Part shown: positions 1-9,497 of the stretch, piece after piece
Position numbering within the stretch: position 1 is the first letter of the stretch
How the letters are laid out: each line of letters begins with the position of its first letter
Source: Trichomonas gallinae
Lineage: Eukaryota
Reading direction: 5' to 3'
Assembly (NCBI GenBank): GCA_008369845.1
Contig: MRSU01001586.1
Coordinates: forward strand, 1 to 36,928
Length of the DNA stretch: 36,928 bases
The notes under the pieces: model-generated
Seen by the model: the letters and a program-made list of their open reading frames with translations, nothing else
The model's database searches: none
What the model was told of the DNA's origin: nothing
Made by a program: the position numbers and the translations under genes

Positions 1-78
1 ACGTGTCTTTGGATGCTGGCGTTCACCGTCAACGGCTGTCTTTGTTGCTGTCTTCTTAACACCCTTCTTAGCTGGCAT
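1..78 (-). CDS. H2A: Probable histone H2A, N-terminal 26 codons only (gene runs off the left edge)
   Basis: ATG at 78 reads MPAKKGVKKTATKTAVDGERQHPKTR: a basic tail ending in KTR, as expected just before the H2A SSRAG motif. Codon usage looks like a highly expressed gene and Inr-like TCACTTCATT lies just upstream. The histone fold itself is outside the window. Confidence 0.6.
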   Translation of the reverse strand, partial: MPAKKGVKKTATKTAVDGERQHPKTR

Positions 79-91
79 TACTTGAAAAAGA

Positions 92-101
92 ATGAAGTGA
101 A
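92..101 (-). promoter_or_regulatory. Initiator (Inr)-like element TCACTTCATT upstream of the histone-like gene
   Basis: Minus strand reads TTTCACTTCATTCTTTTTCAAGTA-ATG. This matches the trichomonad Inr TCA(C/T)(T/A) 14-23 nt upstream of the ATG. Confidence 0.65.
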
Positions 102-688
102 ACTGAAGCCGCCATTCGCAAATTTATGTCATTCAAAAAATATGGACGCAAAATGGCATTTTTGAAAAAAATCTTCATCTGACACTTTGCACCACTTGAT
201 TTTGATATGATTCTCACTTTTAAATGGCGCGAAAAGTGAGAAAAACTTAAAACAAATCCTGGCTAAAACACCAAAAATCCATCTCAGTAGGTCATATTTA
301 CAACAAAAAGCCAAAAATTTCTCAAAACTATAATATTTTTAATCAAATGCATTACTTCGCCGAATTTAAATCGATTATCAAACTAAAATAGTTTCTAATC
401 ATGACTCATTCGATACAATTATATGATTCCTTACAATATACTTAAATTAGGACATTCAAGTCAATATATCAAAATTCATATCATCGGAACTTGGCTAATA
501 TTATCACAATAAATAAAAGATAAGCGATTAAGCAAATGAATCTAATAGTTAAATTACCTTATTCATTAATTATAATTTCATTTTATTAAACCATTATATT
601 AAATTCGTTTGATTTTAGTAGAAAAATATTAAATAAAACAACTATAGTAATCAACACATTTACATAATCGAAACAAATCAATAAATTT

Positions 689-2098
689 TTAAAGATCATC
701 AACTAAATCATAAGATCTTCTTGAGTTTCTTAACGTGTCAATTGCCATCAAACAGTCAGTTGCATGCTGAATGAATTTCATGTCGCTTTCATTAGAATCA
801 CGAGATTCTTCAAGATAATCTTTGAAATCTTCAATAAACTCTGAATCAATGATGTCAACAAACGAAGGATGCTTCCCATAGAACAGAGCCGTCAAAGCTC
901 TAATATGACAATCTGAATCAAACTGAGAGCCTTCAATTGCCATGTTTGTTACATATTCGATGAACTCTTCGTTGAAAGGAACGTTGTTTATGTTCCTGTC
1001 TTTGTTTACAATTTCTTCGATTAATAACATTATTTGATCTTTTGTTAAAATGTTTGATTCAAAATATAGGTTTTGTACCAATACAACTATCTCTAGATCT
1101 ATCGGAAAATTGGTCAAATAGATCACTTTCGAATAAAATTTAAGTATATTATTCAACACACCACAATTCGGTTCATTTGAAATAATTTCATGAACCTTTC
1201 CCATAATGTCACCTATGGACTTATCATCTGCTGATTTAAGTTTAATTAAGAAATATAATATAGCTAAACTATTGAAAGAAGTCTCTTCGGACGTAATGGA
1301 GTTAATTATATTATCAATAGATCCTGATCTTGTAATGATTGAAGTTAAAGCTTCAGAACATTCGATATTTTGATCATCTAAACAAGATAAATTAATTCTT
1401 ATACCATTTAATATAAGATTTGCTGTGTTTGCATCATCACATGCTGCTAAAATATCAAATCCATATTTGATTAACCCGAAAATGAAATCTGGATGGAAAT
1501 TAATGATCCTTTTGTTAATATTGTTATATATATTTGCTTTCAAAAGTAGGTCAGGTACCATTTTGATAAAATTATATGATAATTCCGGTGAAATAATTGT
1601 ATCAAATTTTTCATGATAAATTAAATAAGAAAATATGGTTGCGAGCTCATTTTTAGTATCTGCTGGCGCTATTTCCATCAATGAATAAATTCTTTTTAAT
1701 AATTGTTCGTTGATATAATACAAATCATTGTCAGTATTAAGGATAATATATCTTAAAATTCGTATTATATGTGATTCTATGGCATTATCAATTGATTCAT
1801 CAAGGAAAATCTCGATTATCATGCTTAAAACCCATTCTTCGATTAAATTTTGAATATTTGTTGGATTACATTGACAAATATGCGAAGCTACGAACTGTAG
1901 ATGCTGTATTTCGTTATCGTATTCGAAAATTCCTTGTTTGTAATTAGTACATAATTCATGAATAAAATTTTGTATTGTTTTGAACTCATTTGACTCTTCA
2001 TCTATACCAGGGATATAATCAGTTACATTTTTATTCTGAAGAAGATCTGCAGTTTTGACTATTCCGAATTCTGCTAAATCTTCACTCTTAACATTCAT
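689..2098 (-). CDS. Hypothetical acidic, Ile/Leu-rich alpha-helical (ARM/HEAT-like) protein, 469 aa
   Basis: Long ATG-initiated ORF with amphipathic helical periodicity. Stop is TAA within TAAA. No catalytic motif recognised. Confidence 0.75.
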   Translation of the reverse strand: MNVKSEDLAEFGIVKTADLLQNKNVTDYIPGIDEESNEFKTIQNFIHELCTNYKQGIFEYDNEIQHLQFVASHICQCNPTNIQNLIEEWVLSMIIEIFLDESIDNAIESHIIRILRYIILNTDNDLYYINEQLLKRIYSLMEIAPADTKNELATIFSYLIYHEKFDTIISPELSYNFIKMVPDLLLKANIYNNINKRIINFHPDFIFGLIKYGFDILAACDDANTANLILNGIRINLSCLDDQNIECSEALTSIITRSGSIDNIINSITSEETSFNSLAILYFLIKLKSADDKSIGDIMGKVHEIISNEPNCGVLNNILKFYSKVIYLTNFPIDLEIVVLVQNLYFESNILTKDQIMLLIEEIVNKDRNINNVPFNEEFIEYVTNMAIEGSQFDSDCHIRALTALFYGKHPSFVDIIDSEFIEDFKDYLEESRDSNESDMKFIQHATDCLMAIDTLRNSRRSYDLVDDL

Positions 2099-2190
2099 TA
2101 TTATGACTTAGCAATCATTTTCGAATCATTATACAACAAATATAAATCATATTTTTAATATTGATATCATATAAAAACATAGTCAAAAAC

Positions 2191-2433
2191 CATTTTTAAT
2201 CAAATTTTCAACAAATATTCTAGTTAAGCCAATTTTACCTATATATAATTTTTATTATTCGATTAAATAGAATATTTAAATATTTCATTTGTTGTAATTA
2301 TGAGTTTATTAATCAGTTTTGATCAAATTATTAACAAATATTCTATTTAAGCTGATTTTAATAATATATTGTTTTTATTATTCGATCAAATAGACTATTG
2401 TAATGTTTCATTTGTCGTAAATATGAGTTTATT
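2191..2433. repeat. Diverged tandem duplication, about 123-bp unit x2
   Basis: AACAAATATTCTA(G/T)TTAAGC at 2210 and 2333. Both copies continue with TTTTTATTATTCGAT(T/C)AAATAGA and TTTCATTTGT(T/C)GTAA(T/A)TATGAGTTTATT. Confidence 0.85.
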
Positions 2434-2567
2434 TTTGAAATTTCAAATGTATTGATTATATTGTTTTTAAAACAAATATATAGCTTAATTAGGTCATAAA
2501 AGCGATAATTTTAGCAGAAAATGAATAGAAAAAGAGAAACAAAAAATTTGACGAAAATCTAGATTTT

Positions 2568-2575
2568 GTCACTTT
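2568..2575 (+). promoter_or_regulatory. GTCACTTT Inr-like core promoter motif
   Basis: Lies about 30 nt upstream of ATG 2606. The same octamer is near gene starts at 9529, 11581 and 22292. Confidence 0.55.
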
Positions 2576-2605
2576 TTAATAATAACGTAGTTTTTTTGAG
2601 TTTTG

Positions 2606-3952
2606 ATGACTTCGCCGGTGGATTATCTTGTTTATCGAAAGAAAGTGAGAATACATCCGACGGAGATCCCGAAGACAACATTTGTCCCTGAAACTTTCAA
2701 AACAGCTCAAAAACCAGGCCCAATTAAAGCAACTGAATATTTCGAAACGCTAGCAGTGCCTAAATCTCTACCAGAACCACAGGCCTCTGATCCAATACCG
2801 AAATACGAAAACAAAACACCCGAATTCGACCCGGTTGACTTCAGAACAACAAATGCATGTTTAGAACGCGATTTATATATAATGAAGAACCTCAAAAAGA
2901 AGGAGGAGGAAGCCAGAGAGTCAGATCCAAAGGAATTTCTCGCCTGGCAGAAGGAAATGCGCGAGAAAGACGAAGAAGAACTAAAAGCAGCGATTCAAGC
3001 GAGAAGGGAAGATTTAGACAACTGCAGACGTAAAGCAATGAAAGCGAAGAAGAAAACAATACAAGAGAGACTTGAAATCGGCAAACAGATGAGAATTGCG
3101 TTTAGCGAAGAAATTACAAAAGTTCGCGACGAAATTGAGAAAGAAAGGCAAGAAATCATCGAACTCAAGAACCAAAGAGACTTATTACCAGTTTCTAACG
3201 TGGAAAAAGTTAAACAACGCAAAATCGCAGAATCACGTGAAGTTCGCAAGCAAGTTCGAGAAGATCTCAAACTTGCCAGCAAACTCAGAGCAGAAGAAAC
3301 CAGACAAATCAAAGAAAACGCAGTAAAAGTCAGAGATCAATTAAAGAATCACACGAACAGACACGGAGACGCCTTCAAAGGCAAAATAGAAATCACAGAG
3401 ACGAAATTCCTGGCAGCATTAACAGATGAAGAGGCCCAGAGTCTTATCGATAACCACGCGGCGGAAAAACGCGCGAAAATCGAGTCGCAAATCGAGGAGC
3501 ACAGAAAAGCGAAGGAGGCGAAGATGGAGAAGCTCATAGAGATGCTTAACGAAGTGACAAGGACACGCGAGCAGAAGGAGGAAGAGCACGAGAGACTAAA
3601 GCAAGAGAAGCAGGAATTATTGGAGAAAGAAAGAGCTTTGAAAGAAGCGGAAGAAGAACAAAAATTACTTGAGCTCGAGAAGAGACTGGAGAAGAAGAGA
3701 AAGCAGAGGATACAAGAGGCACAAGAGATGGAGGAGCACACGAGGCAGATAGACGCGAGGACAAGGTATTTAGCATTAAACAAGAAAGCTTTGCAAACGA
3801 AGACTTTCCAGAACCAACAGGACGGAAAACTGAGAGCGGCTAAAGAGAGGCAGACACTGATGATGACAGAGAACGGCATCGAGATGAAGAAGGCTAAGAA
3901 GCAGTACTCGACAGCGGAATTAACAGCATTGAAAGGATTATTAGGAATGTGA
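2606..3952 (+). CDS. CFAP99: Coiled-coil protein, CFAP99 (cilia- and flagella-associated protein 99)-like
   Basis: The ORF track starts at TTG 2603; the ATG is at 2606. TTNACLERDLY...DPKEFLAWQKEMREKDEEE...ARRE resembles the CFAP99 segment (LN.AAILRE.ALY...D..EF..WQ..M...D.E...RR) as recalled, followed by a long E/K/R coiled coil. Confidence 0.6.
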   Translation: MTSPVDYLVYRKKVRIHPTEIPKTTFVPETFKTAQKPGPIKATEYFETLAVPKSLPEPQASDPIPKYENKTPEFDPVDFRTTNACLERDLYIMKNLKKKEEEARESDPKEFLAWQKEMREKDEEELKAAIQARREDLDNCRRKAMKAKKKTIQERLEIGKQMRIAFSEEITKVRDEIEKERQEIIELKNQRDLLPVSNVEKVKQRKIAESREVRKQVREDLKLASKLRAEETRQIKENAVKVRDQLKNHTNRHGDAFKGKIEITETKFLAALTDEEAQSLIDNHAAEKRAKIESQIEEHRKAKEAKMEKLIEMLNEVTRTREQKEEEHERLKQEKQELLEKERALKEAEEEQKLLELEKRLEKKRKQRIQEAQEMEEHTRQIDARTRYLALNKKALQTKTFQNQQDGKLRAAKERQTLMMTENGIEMKKAKKQYSTAELTALKGLLGM

Positions 3953-4368
3953 TGATTTTAATAAAATGTTTCTTTATTTTGATTAATTATAGATTTCTAT
4001 ATGATTAGATACAATAAAAACAAAATGAAATTAATATTTCAAATTTTTGTTCAAAACCAGTCTTTTTGAGTAAGATATTTAAAAAATGATTAAAATAGCC
4101 ACACATTTTAAATTATTACATTGTTTCTAAGCACTTAGAAAAAATTGCAAATAATTTAACAGATATTCATATTTTGGTCTTTGAAATATGCTTCTTTTCG
4201 TTAATGATAATATTTAAATGCAATTAAATTGCCTTTAAAATTAATATTTTGTATTTCGATTGTTTTTTTTTAAATTTGAATGAAAAAACAGTGATTACAA
4301 CAATCAAAAACTCTTGCATATAAAAATTTTACTATTTTAGGTAATGAATATATAATAAATAATGAAAT

Positions 4369-6207
4369 TTAAATTGAGCCACTCGAGTAGGTACTACTAT
4401 AATAGTCTTCCTGATCTTCTTCTTCCTCAAGACGCTTTTGCCTCTTCTTCCTGTACCAGATTGCGAGGGCGATGATGATAATGCAGAATATGGCAACACC
4501 GACGCAAACAAGGATGATGATTAATAATTGCGTGTCGAAAGGCTTGCCTGATCCCTCATCAGTAGCATCGCGCGATGATGAACTAGAAGTACCAGAAGTT
4601 GGTGGATCGATAGGTGGTGGAACGTTTGCAAATGGATCTTCATCAAATTTAGTTTTTTCGAGTAATTTACGAGTCTTGCAGAACTGCTTTGGATCTGGGC
4701 ACCAGTACAAGAAGTTAGCTCCTGAATCATGGTAGATAGCGACATATTCTTCTGATTTATAGTGTTCATGATCGCATGTAATTTCAGTACCATTGGGTAA
4801 TGTAAATGTGAATGAAGAATCATCATCCTTGCATTTGTAAGCTCCACATAATGCCGTATTACTACCATTTGGGACAAAAGATCTATTTGTTGGGATTATG
4901 GCTTTGCCTGTTTCGCACATAGTTAATGGAATTTTAATATTGGCAAAGTCGACTGCTGGCTCATTGTATATTTGTCGGTATGAATAACCGTTAATCGCCG
5001 GATTATAAAATGATTCGTGATCACAGAATTCTTTAGATATAGAAGAACTTTCATTTTTACAATCGCTTGAATCCATCCATTCACCTTTTTGATTGTAATA
5101 TGCATAATCAATGACACTTTGGAAATCAAATCCGGTTCTATCGAGTGAATTATCAGAATTAAGAATATAGTTGGGAGGAAAAACTGTGTTAGGTATATTT
5201 AAACCGAAAGATGAATCCCTTTTTCCTGTAATTGCAAAACTATTCATCCAGACCATTGGCCTAAACTTAGTATAGTCAACTTCATAGAAGCCAGTATCCT
5301 TGAGAATTGCTAATGTGACATCAGACATTCTATAAATTAAACCTTCTGGTTTTTCCATATTAAATCCTGTTAACATATCAGTATAAAATCTTCTAAATTC
5401 TGGATGGGACATTTGAATACCTTCGGAGTTTTCTAATTCGATGCCAGACCAGCAGCTGCCAATCTTAGAGATTCCCCAACGGGATTGAGCCAAGAGATGT
5501 GCATTTGGAGTAATTAAGTAGGACTGTTTATAGCCATTGTGGCTGGATTCACATGTGATGTTAGCATGTGAGTCTTTTGTACCTATCGGATGATAATTTT
5601 TATACATAAAACTTGAAATACCAAGTGCATGAAGGGTTTCATGTAATATTACATGCTCAAATTGCTCAGTAGCTGATGTAGGAATCTTGACAACGTTAAT
5701 TGCCATTATTGCTTGAATTGGCTGTTTTGTATCTGAATGAATAGCTACTATAGCTGTACGCGCAACGTGGTTCTCACCACCAAATGGACGCAAATATACA
5801 AGAATTTGAAGATCAGTATTGCTTGCAGATTGAATTTGATCTTCAATATTTGCCCAATCACTGTAATTTTTAAGGAAGAAAGTAGTTTTCACTTGTTTAA
5901 CTTTGAGAGTTTCAGAGAGATAACTTTCAATTTTAGTAAAAGTAGAAGTTAAAACGGCTGTTTGGTTTTCCTTGATTTTATCATTTTCGGTACATGTATA
6001 TGTTTTGTTGTTCCATGTTATTTGTTCATTACTTGTGCAGCGCTTGTTATCTGTTCCATTAATTGCTTGAGTATCGAATTTAATTCTGATTTTAGAAAAA
6101 TCTCCAAGTGAGGGCGCTACTGTTTCAATACGATACTTAGATTGTGCATTCTGATGATCACAGACATGATATGCGTACTTGAAAAGAAGTATGCCTAAAA
6201 CAATCAT
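4369..6207 (-). CDS. GP63: GP63/leishmanolysin-like M8 zinc metallopeptidase, type I membrane protein
   Basis: Hydrophobic signal peptide (ATG at 6207), pro-peptide HVCDH, zinc motif HETLHALG, GIELEN...SHPE (third His), TLAILKDTGFYEVDY, Cys-rich C-domain, P/S/T stalk, TM LLIIILVCVGVAIFCIIIIALAIW and a basic stop-transfer stretch. Confidence 0.93.
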   Translation of the reverse strand: MIVLGILLFKYAYHVCDHQNAQSKYRIETVAPSLGDFSKIRIKFDTQAINGTDNKRCTSNEQITWNNKTYTCTENDKIKENQTAVLTSTFTKIESYLSETLKVKQVKTTFFLKNYSDWANIEDQIQSASNTDLQILVYLRPFGGENHVARTAIVAIHSDTKQPIQAIMAINVVKIPTSATEQFEHVILHETLHALGISSFMYKNYHPIGTKDSHANITCESSHNGYKQSYLITPNAHLLAQSRWGISKIGSCWSGIELENSEGIQMSHPEFRRFYTDMLTGFNMEKPEGLIYRMSDVTLAILKDTGFYEVDYTKFRPMVWMNSFAITGKRDSSFGLNIPNTVFPPNYILNSDNSLDRTGFDFQSVIDYAYYNQKGEWMDSSDCKNESSSISKEFCDHESFYNPAINGYSYRQIYNEPAVDFANIKIPLTMCETGKAIIPTNRSFVPNGSNTALCGAYKCKDDDSSFTFTLPNGTEITCDHEHYKSEEYVAIYHDSGANFLYWCPDPKQFCKTRKLLEKTKFDEDPFANVPPPIDPPTSGTSSSSSRDATDEGSGKPFDTQLLIIILVCVGVAIFCIIIIALAIWYRKKRQKRLEEEEDQEDYYSSTYSSGSI

Positions 6208-6558
6208 TATCAAATGCTAAAAAACAAACTTTTTCAGAATTGCATAAAATTCGTAAACTTCTCAACATTTTAATTTTATTTTTACAATTTTAATATTCGC
6301 GTGTAACTTGCTGTGAGCATCATTACTATCACAAAATAAAGTCAATTCAATTTAATTTTTTGAATAAAATACGGGCGCGGAAGAATTTGATTATAATTTC
6401 AAATCTATCTATATATATATGTTATATATAAAATTTTTGTTTCAATTGAAAATAATCGTTTTATAGAAAATTTCCGATGAAAAAATTAAGGCCAATTATT
6501 TTCTACTCATTTCAATCACCAAGACCGACATAATTCTGTACTCTTCATTTATTAAATG

Positions 6559-7006
6559 ATCCAAAAATTTATGGCCCATAATTAATGTTTACATGTCATA
6601 AATTTTGATATTCTGCCTCGTAAATCCAAATTCATGCCATGTAATTAATTAACATTTTTACTATTATTTTTGATTCAAATTTCCGATGGGGAAATTATTA
6701 CTAATTTTCTATTCATACCATTCAATAGAAAATATAATTCGTTAGAGGATGTTGAGGTATCCTCACCCCAAGAGAAACTAAAATAGGCACCTCGGCACCT
6801 CCATAACTTGCATCCTTAAATCTTTAACTTCATTACAAATCCAAAAATTTATGCCACATAAATGAATTTTACATGTCATTAAATGAATTATTTTGTCAAG
6901 TAAATTTATATTCATGACAAATAAATCTCATTTACATGTCATAAATAAAAATATTTGTCATGTAATTAAGTATCAAACAAATTTACGATTATTTTCGATT
7001 CAATCA
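6559..7006. repeat. Diverged direct repeat (about 6559-6680 and 6839-7006) built of ~20-21 bp sub-units containing TTTACATGTCA
   Basis: Both copies start ATCCAAAAATTTATG, contain TTTACATGTCAT and CATGTAATTAA, and end ATTATTTT(T/C)GATTCAA. Confidence 0.8.
6741..6807 (+). other. GC-rich inverted repeat/hairpin in intergenic DNA
   Basis: GTTA-GAGG-A-TGTTGAGGT-AT-CCT pairs with AGG-C-ACCTCGGCA-CCTC-CA-TAAC, with two G.U pairs on the + strand. Confidence 0.6.
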
Positions 7007-7031
7007 ATACCCATCGAATTTTTTAGATTTA

Positions 7032-7053
7032 ATTTTAATGCCGGCATTAAAAT
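7032..7053. repeat. Perfect 22-bp palindrome ATTTTAATGCCGGCATTAAAAT
   Basis: Read directly: ATTTTAATGCC followed by GGCATTAAAAT, its exact reverse complement. Confidence 0.95.
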
Positions 7054-7368
7054 GAAACGTTCATAGCATATGTTATTTCGATTTCAGTTAACAAAGACTA
7101 ATTCATCACTTTTTATTATCGATATCAAAACATATCTTTTTAAGCACAGGAAATTATGCCTATAGGCTATCACTGATGTATACATTCAAATGCAATTGAA
7201 TAGATTACAATAACGCTAAAACATTGACAAGATGATTCGGTTGAGCTTGATAAAATCGGTTAAAATCCAGAAAATTCATTACATCATCACCACATGTGTC
7301 TGGAGTCAATCATTTGCTTGTGATGCAGTCAGTGATGTGTCAGAAAAGTGTTTTTTCTAAAACAAATA

Positions 7369-8733
7369 ATGTTTTTTGGCTTATTGTGCTGCGTAAGCTC
7401 TAAAAAAATTTTAATATTTGACGCAGGAAGCACAGGAACTCGTGTGTACCTATATCAGTATACAGATCCCTATAATGCCTCAACTTATTCGGCTGTTCTC
7501 GACGATTCTGGAGCACCACGCAAGAAATCATGCGAAATAAGACTTGCCGATGCTGCTGATAATGAAACTATTATAGATTCCATATATAATGAACTATTAA
7601 CTAATAATGCAAATAATTGGATTCCAGAGTCAGAGCGTTCTGATGTTGATCTGATACTATTCGGCACAGCAGGAATGCGAGAATTGTCAAAAGACAACCA
7701 AACGAAAGTTATGGATCTTGCATACGAAAAAGCAAAATCCGGTTTCGTATATAACTCTAAGAAGGAAAATTTCAAGGTTATCACTGGCGACGATGAAGGA
7801 ATTTATGCATGGATATCAGTAAACCGTCTCCGCAATGCATTCTCATCAAACGTTCCTACGATTCCGATCTTTGAATTCGGCGGAGCTTCGGCACAATTCG
7901 CCATGGAGGTGAAAAGTGATAAAGGAAGTTATGCCAATGATTTTACTTATCAAGTGAAAGTTGGATCTACTTACCATTCAGTATTCACTCACTCATGGCT
8001 TGGTTACGGAATTGAAGCGAGTGTGCCAATTGTCCATAATGAGCTGATGAAAAACACCACAGAATCTCCTTGCGTGATTAAAGACGCGACATTGAAACTG
8101 AAAATTGATGGTAGTAAAGTCAGTTTTACAGGAAGGCCAGATTATGATAAATGCTATCAACTGCTGTCCAACTATTTGATGAAGAAGAGCGAAGATTGCA
8201 AAGGACTTCCATGCATATTCAAAGATAACACGAACGATAAATGCATCCCACTGCCTCAAAATTTCACTGATATATTCGGAATAGAATTGATGAATGAAAT
8301 TGCTGAATACTTGAAACTCGGCAACCCAACTAATCTTTCTTCACTGAAGGAGAAAACAAAATGGTTTGAAACGCTGACCTATCAACAGGCGAAAGACTAT
8401 GATCCGAGTTATGAGTACATAGAATGGCAATTCTTCGGTGAAGTTTTGTTGATTAATTTTTTGGAAAGAGGATTTGAAGGATTCGCAAATGACATAAAGA
8501 TTGACGCACCTGCAAAGATTAATGACATCAAGCCACAGTGGACCCTTGGAGCAGTTTTAGAGATATATTCTGCCGTCGAAATCAAACCAAAATTACCAAC
8601 AAAGGTCATAATTGGAATCGTCGTTGCATCAGTTGTTTTCGTCATTGGTGCAGTAGGTATTGGTATATGGATCTATTTCTGTTGCAAGAAACACGCTGCC
8701 AAAAGAATTGTTGGAGATACAACTTTGATGTAA
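7369..8733 (+). CDS. GDA1/CD39-family ecto-NTPDase (apyrase)
   Basis: All five apyrase conserved regions are present: IFDAGSTGTR, GTAGMR, GDDEGIYAWISVN, EFGGASAQ and WTLGA, plus HSWLGYG. N-terminal signal peptide (ATG 7369; the track's GTG 7348 is unlikely) and a C-terminal TM helix. Confidence 0.95.
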   Translation: MFFGLLCCVSSKKILIFDAGSTGTRVYLYQYTDPYNASTYSAVLDDSGAPRKKSCEIRLADAADNETIIDSIYNELLTNNANNWIPESERSDVDLILFGTAGMRELSKDNQTKVMDLAYEKAKSGFVYNSKKENFKVITGDDEGIYAWISVNRLRNAFSSNVPTIPIFEFGGASAQFAMEVKSDKGSYANDFTYQVKVGSTYHSVFTHSWLGYGIEASVPIVHNELMKNTTESPCVIKDATLKLKIDGSKVSFTGRPDYDKCYQLLSNYLMKKSEDCKGLPCIFKDNTNDKCIPLPQNFTDIFGIELMNEIAEYLKLGNPTNLSSLKEKTKWFETLTYQQAKDYDPSYEYIEWQFFGEVLLINFLERGFEGFANDIKIDAPAKINDIKPQWTLGAVLEIYSAVEIKPKLPTKVIIGIVVASVVFVIGAVGIGIWIYFCCKKHAAKRIVGDTTLM

Positions 8734-9095
8734 AACTTATCTATTACGAATTAAAAAATCTACATTTTAGTGCTTATATAGCGATTTGGTTATATGTAAT
8801 TCTGATTCTATAGCTAATTTTATTTTGGTATTAATAATTAGATTTAATTAAGTTAAGCTTTCAACAAATATATAATCAAGACTTTTGGCTTCTATTTTAC
8901 ATGTTTGAAACAGATTCACTAAATTACAAAATTAAATATTACGACACTTTTCCATGGATTGCAAGTAATATTTAGTGCAGATCAATATACTGAAGTTCTA
9001 AGAATTTCCATCTAATAAATATGTATTTCAAAAATCAATAGTGTAATATCATTTATATTCAAACAAAACATGAGAAAAGAATAGTGTAATTGAAG

Positions 9096-9497
9096 TTAGC
9101 AAGCACATTCTACGAATGTATCTGAAGCTTGATTGTACTGTGCATCCTTGGGGAAAGGATATGGATACGAATTTGGCTTCTTTGGCTTGATAATTCGAGC
9201 AGATTGATTTCCATGTGATGTATTTTGTCCAATAGTTTGTCTATGAGAATGTAAATTTTCTGATTTCCTTATTTCAGGTGATCCAGGCATTCTTAAGCCT
9301 TTTCTGAACCTATGGCTTCGGTCAGTTTTAGGCGCTGACGGTGGTTGTATGACAAATGGTTCAATTGGAATTTCTGGAACTGGCGGCTCCACTTTAAGAA
9401 TGTTTGCAAGCTGCAAGTTGAGTTTATCAAGGTCATCGCACATGTTTTGGGCAAAAAGCTCCCATTGTGTTGGTGTTCTCCATGTTGAAGAACTCAT
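9096..9497 (-). CDS. Hypothetical protein, 133 aa (short N-terminal helix, then a Pro/basic disordered region)
   Basis: ATG-initiated ORF with coding-like GC against AT-rich flanks. AAAGTGAC motif about 35 nt upstream. Confidence 0.7.
   Translation of the reverse strand: MSSSTWRTPTQWELFAQNMCDDLDKLNLQLANILKVEPPVPEIPIEPFVIQPPSAPKTDRSHRFRKGLRMPGSPEIRKSENLHSHRQTIGQNTSHGNQSARIIKPKKPNSYPYPFPKDAQYNQASDTFVECAC

Noticed and set aside
129..314. 61-aa minus-strand ORF upstream of the histone-like gene
   Set aside because: TTG start, lies over promoter motifs, and has non-coding composition.
2995..3879. Antisense ORFs of 105 and 176 aa opposite the coiled-coil gene
   Set aside because: Ser/Leu/Phe-rich shadows of E/K/R codons, with no independent coding signal.
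6559..7006. Periodic motif array considered as a CRISPR array
   Set aside because: Units are about 20 bp, degenerate and mixed in orientation, with no unique spacers and no cas genes, in a eukaryotic context.
9096..9107. C-terminal CAC (CXC) of the 133-aa protein as a prenylation signal
   Set aside because: CXC geranylgeranylation depends on a Rab fold presented by REP, and this protein has no GTPase motifs.
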